IMG/VR virus record: IMGVR_UViG_2877079323_000003
Location: 5,715-69,714 of that record
Strand: one strand, 5' to 3'
Length of the DNA: 64,000 nucleotides
Source of the DNA: a virus
Lineage: Duplodnaviria > Caudoviricetes
The notes under the pieces are model-generated. The model did not search any database. It saw only the letters and a program-made list of their open reading frames with translations, and was not told where the DNA came from. The translations under genes were made by a program, and so were the position numbers. Shown here in pieces: positions 1 through 9,265 of the stretch (position 1 is the stretch's first letter; each line of letters starts with the position of its first letter).

Positions 1-592
1 GAAAATTCTGAGCCCGACCGCCAAACGAAACGCCGTGATGATGCTCCAGGAAACAATGGGGCTCTCGCAGCGTTTCGCCTGCAGAATCGTCGGGCAACCA
101 CGATCGACCCAACGCAAGAAAGTAGCAAGGAACACCTCGGATGATCCGGATGCCGATCTGCGGAAGTGGTTGCGGGACTGGGCCAAAGTCAACCAGCGAA
201 AAGGGTTCCGGCGGGCATGGGCGGACTTGCGTGCCGCGGGAACAACGCCCGCGTCTTCTTCGCCGCACACGGAATCGCTCGCATCGAGCGCGTGATCACC
301 GACAACGGATCATGCTATCGCGCAGCAGATTTCACATCTTCACTGCGAGAGGCACGGCACTACCGGATCAAGCCGTACACCCCGAAACACAACGGGAAGG
401 TCGAGCGCTACAACCGCATCCTCGCCGAAGAACTGCTGTACTCCCGCGAGTACACCAGCGAAGCCCAGCGTCGCACCGCCGTCGAAATCTGGAATGTTCA
501 CTATAATTATCACCGACCGCATTCAACACGCGGAGGACGACCGCCTGCCGCTTACCGCCGGCACCGCGTAACTAACGTCCGTGCCTCATACA
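1..592 (+). mobile_element. Chimeric remnant: IS3-family orfA/orfB segment (1-240) fused to the 3' part of an IS481-family element (241-592)
   Basis: 1-240 matches the IS3 copy from 2750 on (with a divergent patch near 188-218); 241-592 matches the 3' end of the IS481 copy at 28000-29111, ends in ACA and is followed by CCTAGA. Confidence 0.9.
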
Positions 593-599
593 CCTAGAT

Positions 600-1655
600 A
601 CCCGTCATGAGTCCACGTACTAGCCGAATGTGTGCGGATTACGTTCCACTGGTGGTACTTCAGAGAAGCTGGAGGGCAAACTTTGAAGCGGTACAGATGT
701 GGGAACTCGTGACAGGTACGAAGTGCTGATCCAGGTGCAGAGATCAGCGACTTTGGATCAGGGGGTGAGCTGGGCTTGAAAGGAGAGTTACTCGAAAGCT
801 TCACTTGCGCCTTATTAATCGGCGCGACCCTCTCACCTAAACCCTGACCAGTAGAGCGCACGAACTGTGGGTTCATGCGCCCACTTCCCAGCACACGATG
901 AATATGCCGGGAAGTGGAAGTGGTTCATGCGGTTAAATGGCTGCTAGTAGCAAGTAGATTCTAATTACCTCGAAATCGAGGGTTTTAGAATAGAAGCCCC
1001 ATCACCCCAGGTCTAGGGCTGCGTTCGCTACGGTCATACTGGGTTTTGCCGTAATCTACTCTATTTCACTAGCCCTACTACTAGCAGTTGGACTATGTAA
1101 GCCACGAGACTTTACTCGAAACCCTGTTTTGATTGCTCGAAAGAGCCTGTCTTACATGGTCCATGTTGTGCATACAAGGCAGGGATTCGACGAGATGGAG
1201 CGCCCGCTACTGTCTCCAATTTGTAAAGCGATCACCTTGTTACTCGTATAGTCACCCTGCATGTCGCCAGAGGTAGTGTACATCTAGCTCCCCTCACACC
1301 TGATTGGATACAGTTCCTATTGGGAGTGCGACCACACTCTTACCCGAGCCAGGTCTGTGCGCGTTTACCTATTCCGCCACTTGTATGCACATTAGAACGC
1401 ACCAGGTAGCTGTAAAAAATCGCAATTCAATGCTCTAATTATTTTCTGATGCGCCCATTTAACTGCATGAACTGTATTGAGCGTATGGTGCTAGTAGCAA
1501 CAGGCAGTCCCGTTATTTCTGCTCTGGTTTAGTTATATTCCGCCAGTTTCCATCTAGCTGGACTAGCGCCACGAATGACGTATGTGAGGGCTTCCCGTTA
1601 AGGCTAGTGTCACCTCTTGATTCGTTACTGCCAGCACTACTACGCTCAATACTCT
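600..1655 (-). ncRNA. Putative large structured non-coding RNA, copy A (boundaries approximate)
   Basis: No credible ORF over ~1 kb; many nested inverted repeats (923-940/1455-1472, 941-950/1078-1087, 1090-1101/1151-1162, 1167-1178/1380-1391, 1474-1501/1624-1652); shares sequence blocks with 13500-14400. Confidence 0.6.
1167..1391 (-). ncRNA. tRNA-like core A (acceptor-like stem, D-arm, T-arm with insertion); not a canonical tRNA
   Basis: Minus strand: TGTGCATACAAG-TG-GCG-GAATAGGTAAA-CGC...GCAGGG-T-[63 nt]-TCGAAT-CCCTGC-CTTGTATGCACA. Confidence 0.7.
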
Positions 1656-1788
1656 AATTCTGTAAAGGTGCAACTCGGCCGCCCTCGCTGTGCGGCTAAG
1701 TGTGGTGCTTGGTTGCCGTCCTGATCAGACATGGCCTTACCGTTCGAGACGGGGTTTTGCGGGCAACCTTGCTACCTTCTGGGTCTCA

Positions 1789-1971
1789 CTATCGCAGTGA
1801 ACGCTTTCGTGAGATGAAAGACTGTGAGCGCGATAATATTGGCTCCTTGTCTTTGCGAGCCTCACGTGCTCGGCGCTTCGTCTTGTACTGGCCGATCAAC
1901 CGTAGAAACGGTGTGTCATCGGCGTGCTCGTACTCAAGATTGATGTTCACGATTTCACGCTCTGTATTCAT
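1789..1971 (-). CDS. Small basic hypothetical protein
   Basis: ATG ORF with GAGGGG RBS just downstream of the conserved promoter at 1994-2036. Confidence 0.5.
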   Translation of the reverse strand: MNTEREIVNINLEYEHADDTPFLRLIGQYKTKRRAREARKDKEPILSRSQSFISRKRSLR

Positions 1972-1993
1972 TGCTTTGGTGTTCCCCTCTGCG

Positions 1994-2036
1994 AATAACT
2001 ATGAGCCAAACCGTCTTCTTTTGCAATAGCGAAATG
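1994..2036 (-). promoter_or_regulatory. Conserved phage promoter, copy 1; DnaA-box-like 9-mer at 2056-2064
   Basis: CATTTCGCTA-TTGCAA-17 nt-CATAGT-TATT; identical flanks in four copies. Confidence 0.75.
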
Positions 2037-2478
2037 TCACGAAATGCGTTGTGGTTGTGGATAACTCGCTACTTGGTGAACAGGTACAGATGGCCGTCAT
2101 CATCTTCAACAGAGTGGATGGTGTTCAGGGCGAAGTCGTGCGCGATACCTGCCTCATCCCAGTTGACATGTTGCCTCATGTCTTCGGGTAGGTACTGCCT
2201 CAACTGATCCAGCTGAGCTTCGAGTCCACTCTCGATCAAGTAGTCGGCTGCGTACGCCTCGATGCTCTCGAAGTGGCCCAGGTAGTGGTCCTCGAACATG
2301 TTGATCGCTGCTTCTAGCTCTTCACCGTTCCTGAAGCCGACGTACTCAAGCCAGTGGGCGACTGCGATTCCCTTACCCGTGACAGCCTGCTCGACCCGTT
2401 TGGCATGACCCCCGTGAAGTGACCCGCAAGTTATGAGAATCCTTCCGCCCTGATCAAGGGCATGAAAGGCTTCATCTC

Positions 2479-2760
2479 ATGGCTGGACGCAAACGGCACA
2501 CACCCGAACAGATCATCCGCAAACTGCGCCACGGCGACGAACTCGCCGCCACAGGCGCCGACGTCGAGGAAATCGCCCGACAACTCGACGTCTCGGTGCC
2601 GACGCTCTACAACTGGCGCAAGCAGTACGGCGGTATGAAAGCCGACGACGCCAAAGAGTTCAAGGAACTCAAGAACGAGAACGCCCTGCTCAAGAAGCTC
2701 CTCGCCGAAGCCGAGCTCGAAAAGGCTGCCCTCAAGGAGATTGCTCGGGGAAAATTCTGA
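2479..2760 (+). CDS. IS3 transposase OrfA (HTH)
   Basis: RHTPEQIIRKL...VSVPTLYNWRKQYGG; GGGGAAAA run near the end is a candidate frameshift site. Confidence 0.9.
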   Translation: MAGRKRHTPEQIIRKLRHGDELAATGADVEEIARQLDVSVPTLYNWRKQYGGMKADDAKEFKELKNENALLKKLLAEAELEKAALKEIARGKF

Positions 2761-2783
2761 GCCCGACCGCCAAACGAAACGCC

Positions 2784-3596
2784 GTGATGATGCTCCAGGA
2801 AACAATGGGGCTCTCGCAGCGTTTCGCCTGCAGAATCGTCGGGCAACCACGATCGACCCAACGCAAGAAAGTAGCAAGGAACACCTCGGATGATCCGGAT
2901 GCCGATCTGCGGAAGTGGTTGCGGGACTGGGCCAAAGCGAATGCCCGCAAGGGATTTCGTCGGGCGTGGGCGGACTTGCGTGCCGCGGGCTGGGTGATTA
3001 ACAAGAAGAAGGTTCAGCGACTCTGGCGCGAGGAAGGACTGCGGGTGAACGTCCGCAAGATACGTAAACGGGCCGGCGCCTCGACTACTCCGATCACCGA
3101 GGCAGATGCACCGAAGGTTGTGTGGGCGATCGACTTTCAGTTCGACTCGACCACCGAGGGCCGGAAGTTCAAGATCGCGTCGATGGTCGACGAACACACC
3201 CGCCAGTCCGTACTGAACATTGTCGAGCGATCCATCCCGGCAGAGGACCTCGTCGCAGCGTTGAAGAAGGCGTTCGCGCTCTGGGGCGGCCCACCGCAGG
3301 TCCTGCGGTGCGACAACGGGCCCGAGTTCATCTCCGAGGCGCTGAGGACGTTCTGCGAGGATCAGGTCGGTATCGGCTACGTTCCACCTGGTCAGCCGTG
3401 GAAAAACGGCTACATCGAGTCCTTCAACAACCGTGTCCGTGACGAATGCCTGAACATGAACGAATTCCACAGCCTCCTCGAAGCTCGGGTGGTCATCGAG
3501 GACTGGAAGGAGGACTACAACAACCGGCACCGTCATTCATCGCTGGCGTATCGAACTCCAAATGAGTACGCTGCCAGCTGTATTCACACGCATTGA
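2784..3596 (+). CDS. IS3 transposase OrfB (DDE/rve)
   Basis: WAIDF, CDNGPEF, NGYIESFN motifs. Confidence 0.92.
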   Translation: MMMLQETMGLSQRFACRIVGQPRSTQRKKVARNTSDDPDADLRKWLRDWAKANARKGFRRAWADLRAAGWVINKKKVQRLWREEGLRVNVRKIRKRAGASTTPITEADAPKVVWAIDFQFDSTTEGRKFKIASMVDEHTRQSVLNIVERSIPAEDLVAALKKAFALWGGPPQVLRCDNGPEFISEALRTFCEDQVGIGYVPPGQPWKNGYIESFNNRVRDECLNMNEFHSLLEARVVIEDWKEDYNNRHRHSSLAYRTPNEYAASCIHTH

Positions 3597-4120
3597 TTCT
3601 CTGATAGCGAGTGGCTCACCAAATGGGGTCCTGCCACGTTCAAGTAGCTCGGGATCTTCTTCGCCGAGTGGGCAACCTACGGAGTGAGGGGCGGATATGT
3701 GAGCTCGACAGGCGGGGCAGAAGTCGTCTTGTTCAGTTGGTTCATCTGGGGGCGTGAGCCACTGCTTCGACCATCCTTCGACGGGATCATGTGACTCACG
3801 TGCCATGACGTACGCGCCAAGGGCTTCAAGGTGTTCGCGGTTGTAGTCGGTGTCGGCGTTAGCCCAAGACTCGTTGATCTCAGCGACTACCTGGGGTAGA
3901 TCGATAGCTCCAGTACTGGTGAGGCTGTAGAGGGCGCTGGACGCGCCGCCATGCCATTGCGAGGCGATCACGCGTGCGCCAGCGTCTCCAATTGAGCGTT
4001 CTTCTGATGTGGCGCTTGCTATTTCGTGGTCGATGAGTTGTTCATCTGACCAGTGTTCGGATCTATTTAGTTGTTCCATGGTAGTAGTTCTCGTTTAAGT
4101 GGTGTTAGTCGCGGTTGTAG

Positions 4121-4402
4121 TCAGTCTGGGACCGCTTCGCTCGTATAGAGCTGTGCTTTGCCGACCGCTTCTTGTGTGGGCTCGATCCCAACCTGGTAGG
4201 CCGCGACGAGCCGACAGACTTCATTGTTGTAATCGACTAGCCCTTCGATGCGAATCATGTTCGGCCCCCAATCAAGGTCTGTTGCTTGCACTCTGACGCT
4301 CAGTTCGCCGTGGTCGGTGCACAGCACAAGAGTGGTTACCTCTGGTGACGGAATCGTGTAGGGATTGCCATCGATCGCGAGTATGAGTGGGTAGCGAACC
4401 AT
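4121..4402 (-). CDS. Hypothetical phage protein
   Basis: ORF in the compact leftward gene run. Confidence 0.45.
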   Translation of the reverse strand: MVRYPLILAIDGNPYTIPSPEVTTLVLCTDHGELSVRVQATDLDWGPNMIRIEGLVDYNNEVCRLVAAYQVGIEPTQEAVGKAQLYTSEAVPD

Positions 4403-4564
4403 GAAGTCAAGCTAGCTCAGTGAAGGGCTACGTGTGCCAGATCAGCACTGGAACGATGAACAGCGACAGGTACAGGGTTCCAACGATGATCACGGCGATT
4501 ACCAGGAACATCGCGATCCATCGGCCGGCCAGCTTGAGTGCGGGGATCAAGTAGGGGAGAAGGT

Positions 4565-4831
4565 TCATGCAGCCACTCCGTGAAGCTCGTTGTACATCAC
4601 GGCATGGTTCTCTGCATTCGTGATGTCCCCGTTCATCGCCTGGTACCAGCTGCCGCCATCCAGACTGAGTTCGCCGCATTTACAGGTAACCCAGTCGTGT
4701 CGGTTCTTGCTACGGATGATCCACCCGCACTTGGTGTGCCGTACCTGGTTGATGAAAATGTCGCCAACGTCCAGCTTCCGACGCTCGATTGAAGGGGTGT
4801 TTATGGTGGTGAACTCGAGGTAGTCGGTCAT
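4565..4831 (-). CDS. Small Cys/His-rich phage protein (putative zinc binding)
   Basis: HTKCG...RHDWVTCKCGELSLDGG; start overlaps the upstream stop. Confidence 0.65.
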   Translation of the reverse strand: MTDYLEFTTINTPSIERRKLDVGDIFINQVRHTKCGWIIRSKNRHDWVTCKCGELSLDGGSWYQAMNGDITNAENHAVMYNELHGVAA

Positions 4832-5043
4832 GCCGCCACTCCGTCATCCTGGTGCCCGTCATAGATGTAGAACCACAGCGATCCCTTGTCGTGGATACTG
4901 CGGATCAGATGACCTTCGTGTTTCAGGTCGAGGACGCGAGCGGGGTAGCGCCACGCGACCTTGCGGAGTTCAAGATTGCTGACTTTGCCCTTCGCCTTGA
5001 GCAGTTTGAGGATCTTGGCTGTGTGAGTTTCCTTGGTAGCCAT
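4828..5043 (-). CDS. Small winged-HTH-like protein
   Basis: KILKLLK...VSNLEL...RYPARVLDLKHEGH pattern. Confidence 0.55.
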   Translation of the reverse strand: MATKETHTAKILKLLKAKGKVSNLELRKVAWRYPARVLDLKHEGHLIRSIHDKGSLWFYIYDGHQDDGVAA

Positions 5044-5282
5044 TACGAATTGACTCGTCCATCTGGTGACACCCCGACGTACAGCCGTGACTCACCATCT
5101 ACGTAACCGCCAACCCAACCCTCGGCATAGCCTGGACACATTGCTGCATCAGGTGGGTAGACGTAGTAGTCGTCAGCTCGGTACTCCACGCCGTAGCGGT
5201 GGCAGAGGTTGCGTAGTGCTTCCTCTTGAGCAGTGTTGATCTTGTAGCGTTCGGGTTCTTCGGGGGAGGGGAAGCGTTCCAT
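5043..5282 (-). CDS. Hypothetical phage protein
   Basis: Translationally coupled ORF. Confidence 0.6.
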   Translation of the reverse strand: MERFPSPEEPERYKINTAQEEALRNLCHRYGVEYRADDYYVYPPDAAMCPGYAEGWVGGYVDGESRLYVGVSPDGRVNS

Positions 5283-5548
5283 CAGTTGCTCCCTCGCTGG
5301 GGTTTTCGTTCAACCCAGGGGAGGCGATCGCCTTTATCGCCGTTTGCTTTGGCAACGGCCAGTGCATCTGACAGACCCCTCTTAATGCCACGCAGACGTC
5401 CGCGTACTTCGTGAAGTGCCGCAACGTCTGGTGTGTGGGCGAGTGCGTTGGTTGCTTCGCCCAGCAGTAGTTCAATGTCAATGCGGCCCAACGCAATCCA
5501 GTACTGGCGCTTGCCGGATGGTGCGATTTGATCGTGTCTGAATCTCAT
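5282..5548 (-). CDS. Hypothetical phage protein
   Basis: Translationally coupled ORF. Confidence 0.55.
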   Translation of the reverse strand: MRFRHDQIAPSGKRQYWIALGRIDIELLLGEATNALAHTPDVAALHEVRGRLRGIKRGLSDALAVAKANGDKGDRLPWVERKPQRGSN

Positions 5549-5550
5549 AG

Positions 5551-5970
5551 TTAGTTCTCCTTGTTTAGACCGGTGTGGATGCTTCCGACAATCCGGTAGT
5601 TCGATTGAGTGGGGTTGTCAGCCCCGAACGAAACGACGCCGGAGGCTGTGTCCCGATCTTCGTATTCCAGGAAGAATCCGACGCCCTGTTGATCGCCAGT
5701 GTCGAACGATCCAAAGTGCAGAGCGCCGATTCGACCCTTCGGGTCCTCAAGTAGATCGCCCTGAAAGATGTCCAGGCCACGGGTGTCGCGTAGTCCCGTA
5801 AATAGACCTGCGGTTTCAGGCCGAATATGGACTACGGTCGATGGTCGTCCGCCCTTGCCGTTTCCCGGATCGAGCATGTTGATGAAGTCAAATCCCATGT
5901 ACATCCGCGGTGAGGTGTAGATCCACTTATTGCCGCCCCTGGCAAGCGCTCGTAGTTTCAGTTGTTTCAT
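5551..5970 (-). CDS. YopX-family protein
   Basis: KLRA...FTGLRDTRGLDIFQGDL...IVGSIH signature. Confidence 0.8.
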   Translation of the reverse strand: MKQLKLRALARGGNKWIYTSPRMYMGFDFINMLDPGNGKGGRPSTVVHIRPETAGLFTGLRDTRGLDIFQGDLLEDPKGRIGALHFGSFDTGDQQGVGFFLEYEDRDTASGVVSFGADNPTQSNYRIVGSIHTGLNKEN

Positions 5971-6226
5971 AAATGGCTCTCCTTATTAAGTTATGTGCTC
6001 GCTGGCACAGCCTGACGACGAGCGGGTGTATAGCAACTAACATCGCGATTTCGCTTGGATGGTTAGTTACGCTCGACGGCCAGCAATGCCAGCGGTTTGT
6101 CAAGAGAAAAGTTGTTCACTTGACGATTTTCTATTTCAATGTGCTGCTACCTGTGAACAAGTTTCCCATTGACTTTCGCTGCGATTTGATGTCGCAACTA
6201 CGTCCAGCAGATCTTGCATATATTTA

Positions 6227-6877
6227 CTAATTGGTGGTTTTGTTGTGGCGTCTCCATAACAATTCCCGGTCCAAATTTTGACGTTTGATGTAGCGATTCA
6301 ATGTTTCGCGGTTCACGTCAAACATGCGAGCGATCGCGGCCTTGGAGACTCGTTTCAGCTGAAGTTCGAGGATCTGCTCGTCTTTGCCATACAGCTTGAG
6401 GTTTTCGACCTTGCCCGAACCAACTGGCCGGCCCAGGATCATGCCTTCAGCTTTCTTACGTGCCAACGCTTCCCGTGTTCGTGCCGAGATGAGATTGCGC
6501 TCTATCTCAGCAGACAGTCCGAACGCGAACGCGAGCACCTTGGAGTTGATGTCGTCCTTGAAGACGATGTTCTCCTTGACCGCGACGACACCGATGCCAC
6601 GATCGAGTAGGTCATGGATCGTGTTCTGTACGTCCAAAAGCCGACGCGAGATACGACTGGTCTCGCTCACGACGAGCATGTCGCCGCGTTCAAGCCCTTC
6701 GAGTACTTCGCTTAACTTTCGTTCGGTGAGGGCGCTCTTGTAGCCACTGATCGTCTCGCCCACAGTCTCAGTGATCTCGATACGTTCTCGCTCGGCAAAG
6801 ATGCGTATGCCGCTGAGTTGGTTCTCCACGTCTTGCTTGTTGGTACTGACTCGCACATAGGCGATGACTCTTGGCAT
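6227..6877 (-). CDS. Small serine recombinase (resolvase/invertase) with C-terminal HTH
   Basis: YVRVST catalytic motif, SRISR, ERNLISARTREAL, LGRP. Confidence 0.92.
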   Translation of the reverse strand: MPRVIAYVRVSTNKQDVENQLSGIRIFAERERIEITETVGETISGYKSALTERKLSEVLEGLERGDMLVVSETSRISRRLLDVQNTIHDLLDRGIGVVAVKENIVFKDDINSKVLAFAFGLSAEIERNLISARTREALARKKAEGMILGRPVGSGKVENLKLYGKDEQILELQLKRVSKAAIARMFDVNRETLNRYIKRQNLDRELLWRRHNKTTN

Positions 6878-7119
6878 ATGCCTCCTCTTGGTGGTTGCTG
6901 GTGATTGGTGTCTGGGCGGACCTGTACGGTCATCCGATGAACTTTGGTGAATTTGTCTTGTCGATCCTGCTGGTTGCTGCGCTCTTCGCCTTTAGTTTGT
7001 GGGCGATGACGGAGAAAGCGTGGGCAACCGCTGCCGCGCTCAGTGGGTTCTTCGCGATCTGCGGGGCTATCGGGGTCATCTGGACCGCCCTAGCATGGCT
7101 CGGCCACGTTCTGTTTTAG
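6871..7119 (+). CDS. Small two-helix membrane protein opposite to the operon (likely start ~6937)
   Basis: Two hydrophobic stretches; fills the gap between two minus-strand genes. Confidence 0.45.
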   Translation: MAYASSWWLLVIGVWADLYGHPMNFGEFVLSILLVAALFAFSLWAMTEKAWATAAALSGFFAICGAIGVIWTALAWLGHVLF

Positions 7120-7685
7120 TCCTTCTTCACCCGCAACGTGCCAGCTGTGAGGTCGAGCCTCTTCTCTAGCTCGGCTATGGAGAGTTCGGTGATCTCTTCA
7201 GGTGGGGTGTCTTGTTTGACTGTCCAGCCTCTAGCTTTTAGTTCCGCAACCGACCAAAGCGCATCCACCACGTCGAGATCGTCAGCCTTACTAAGAGCTG
7301 CGCTATTTGGGAAAACGTCGATGACCATCTTGGTTTGTCCGAACTCTGCTTCGATCAGATCGCCTACTTCGAGGTTGTCAAACGTCTTGACGCTACGGAC
7401 GAGTTCTAAGTGCCCGCTGTATACGCCGTTGCCATCGGTGTCGTTGTAGTAGACGGTGTCGCTCTCACTCCAGTTATTTGAGCTCACTCTGGCGATAGTG
7501 AATACCCGGCCAAATGTCCAGCCAGCTCCACCTCTACTCTCCTGTGGATCTCTGGGAGTAATACAGCGTACCTTCTGTCCTACTTGAAATTTCGTTGCTT
7601 TCATATCACCTCCTTCGGTGTTGGTTGGCTTAAATTGGATGATCGATCGACAACGTGGGTGACGGGGTTGGTGTTCACCCGTCAT
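7116..7685 (-). CDS. Hypothetical phage protein (SH3-like KFQVGQKVR start)
   Basis: ORF in operon; RBS suggests start at MKATKF. Confidence 0.6.
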   Translation of the reverse strand: MTGEHQPRHPRCRSIIQFKPTNTEGGDMKATKFQVGQKVRCITPRDPQESRGGAGWTFGRVFTIARVSSNNWSESDTVYYNDTDGNGVYSGHLELVRSVKTFDNLEVGDLIEAEFGQTKMVIDVFPNSAALSKADDLDVVDALWSVAELKARGWTVKQDTPPEEITELSIAELEKRLDLTAGTLRVKKD

Positions 7686-7687
7686 TG

Positions 7688-8446
7688 CTAGAACAGTCTC
7701 AGCTTGCTTTCCTCAGCCACTCCCTTGTTGAAGATCTTCTCGAGTTGCCGCTTGTATTCAAGGACGACCGCACGATCAGGGAGCTGGTAACCGAATCGAG
7801 TCAGCTTGCGGATCATCGTTTTGTGGTCGTACTGCGGACTTTTGATGACACCGACAACAGCCTGGCTGAACGGCTCGCCGAAACGATCTGCACCAGCAGC
7901 CTGAAGCACCTCGTGAAGAAGTACTGCGACTTCGTAGGCACGCGCCCTGTCGTTGATCACTAGTTCTCCAGCCATGAACGGGCTTGCCGCCATGCCTCGT
8001 CCGCCACACGCCGCCTCTCCCACGATCAACATGGCGCATCGATAGCTCAGGCCAAACTTATTGACGAAGGATAGAAACCACTCGTACTCGGTGTTTCCGA
8101 GATCAGCGTATGAGACCGCCATGTCCCGCCAACTCCAGTTGCGGCCACCCCTGTTGATATGTCGAACGGTGTCGATATTGGCGTGAGGTTGCACGATGTA
8201 TGAAACGTCATATCCAAGTTCGCGCAGTGCTGCCAGACGGTGTTGGCCATCGATGACGTACATGTCCTTGGTGACAACGATCGGAAACTGGCCTGTCAGA
8301 TTCCCGTTCTCAAGTATGAGATTCTGCAGCTCAACAGCGTGAGCTGGATTGACTGATCGATTACCTGGCAATGTCTTGAACTGGTCGAGATTGCGGGTGT
8401 TCTGCACCCTTAACGATCGGCTACCGGAGATGTTTCGATTCCTCAC
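7688..8446 (-). CDS. ParB/Srx N-terminal domain protein
   Basis: GNRSVN...PIVV...VIDGQHRLAAL. Confidence 0.75.
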   Translation of the reverse strand: MRNRNISGSRSLRVQNTRNLDQFKTLPGNRSVNPAHAVELQNLILENGNLTGQFPIVVTKDMYVIDGQHRLAALRELGYDVSYIVQPHANIDTVRHINRGGRNWSWRDMAVSYADLGNTEYEWFLSFVNKFGLSYRCAMLIVGEAACGGRGMAASPFMAGELVINDRARAYEVAVLLHEVLQAAGADRFGEPFSQAVVGVIKSPQYDHKTMIRKLTRFGYQLPDRAVVLEYKRQLEKIFNKGVAEESKLRLF

Positions 8447-8448
8447 GA

Positions 8449-9048
8449 CTATGCCTTTGTTCCTTTCCTTGCAGTTGTCACCTTCTTCGGTCGTCCGACA
8501 GGCTTCGCAGCCGTGGTCTTGATCGAGGTGCGTTTGGCCGGCTTCTTCGCGCTGATCTTGAATGCCTCGAACTGATCCAGCTCGTCTTGCGTCATGTAGG
8601 CAGGTTCTACGGCAAACACCTCGACGAAGTAGTTCGGCTCGTCTTCAACAGCTTTGCGGGGGTAGGTGACGGTCTTGCGTCCATGCTCGTCTTCGTACTT
8701 GATGAAGCTCTGGTCGAGGACGGTGTAGTCCTGGTCTCCGTCGTCACATTTCTCTTGTACGAGTGCGCCTTTGGTGAGTTCTGGTAGTTCTTTGGTTAGT
8801 TTAAATGTTCGTCGTTTCATAATTGTTACTCCGTAGTTTATTGGTTGCAAGTCTGCCTCAGTGAAAAAGTCTCCACCATGACCAGACTGAAGTTCGTGAA
8901 CGGTATAGGTGTTAGGGCCCTCGGAGCCAACCTCGGTAATCCAGCAGATTCCGTTGACACTTCTTTTATGGACATTGCTGCTTCGTAGATCTCCGTAGAT
9001 GGATTTGCTGATCATCCTTACCTGATCGCCTTTTCTAAATTTGCTCAT
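8449..9048 (-). CDS. Hypothetical phage protein with basic C-terminal tail
   Basis: ORF in operon; Lys/Ala-rich tail. Confidence 0.6.
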   Translation of the reverse strand: MSKFRKGDQVRMISKSIYGDLRSSNVHKRSVNGICWITEVGSEGPNTYTVHELQSGHGGDFFTEADLQPINYGVTIMKRRTFKLTKELPELTKGALVQEKCDDGDQDYTVLDQSFIKYEDEHGRKTVTYPRKAVEDEPNYFVEVFAVEPAYMTQDELDQFEAFKISAKKPAKRTSIKTTAAKPVGRPKKVTTARKGTKA

Positions 9049-9265
9049 CCTTCACCTCCTTCTTTCCTCGTTTACTTATTCGTCCACCTTTCGCACCTGC
9101 GATCCGTGCTAGCTTGCGGTCGGCAGCAAAGCCGCCAGTCGTGCCCAGACGTCCACCGATCGCGCCGATCTTCTTGTAGAAATCTGGGTCTTTCGCGAGG
9201 TTACGGTCCCTAGCTTTTAGCCCGCCGGCCTTCGTACCGCTCACCTGTTGCTCCACGGGAACCAT
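9035..9265 (-). CDS. KGG-motif (stress-induced/GsiB-like) small protein
   Basis: SGTKAGGLKA...DFYKKIGAIGG...GGFAAD...AGAKGGRISKRG. Confidence 0.75.
   Translation of the reverse strand: MVPVEQQVSGTKAGGLKARDRNLAKDPDFYKKIGAIGGRLGTTGGFAADRKLARIAGAKGGRISKRGKKEVKDEQI

Larger units (their letters stand above)
2401..3636 (+). mobile_element. IS3-family insertion sequence, copy 1 (1236 bp)
   Basis: Ends TGGCATGACCCC / GGGGTCCTGCCA; 4-bp target duplication CGTT; orfA and orfB. Confidence 0.95.
2069..4079 (-). pseudogene. ardA: ArdA-like anti-restriction protein split by IS3
   Basis: N part 3637-4079 and C part 2069-2400 rejoin across the CGTT duplication; acidic C-terminus FEDHYLGHFESIEAYAADY...WDEAGIAHDF resembles ArdA. 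Confidence 0.7.

Noticed and set aside
586-894. 102-aa ORF, and the short ORFs at 13528-13947
   Set aside because: No clear RBS or recognisable motif; they overlap strongly paired non-coding structure
1191-1253. Group I intron in the T-loop
   Set aside because: U and G boundaries fit, but 50-63 nt is far too short for a catalytic core
1167-1391. Canonical tRNA gene or tmRNA (also 13917-14173)
   Set aside because: No 7-nt anticodon loop at the expected place, no CCA, interrupted T-loop, and no tmRNA-type GGGG...CCACCA ends
2431-3536. Long antisense or alternate-frame ORFs inside IS3 and IS481 copies
   Set aside because: Shadow ORFs of GC-rich transposase genes, repeated with each IS copy
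5973-6226. res site or invertible segment for the resolvase
   Set aside because: Only short imperfect inverted repeats; I found no matching second site
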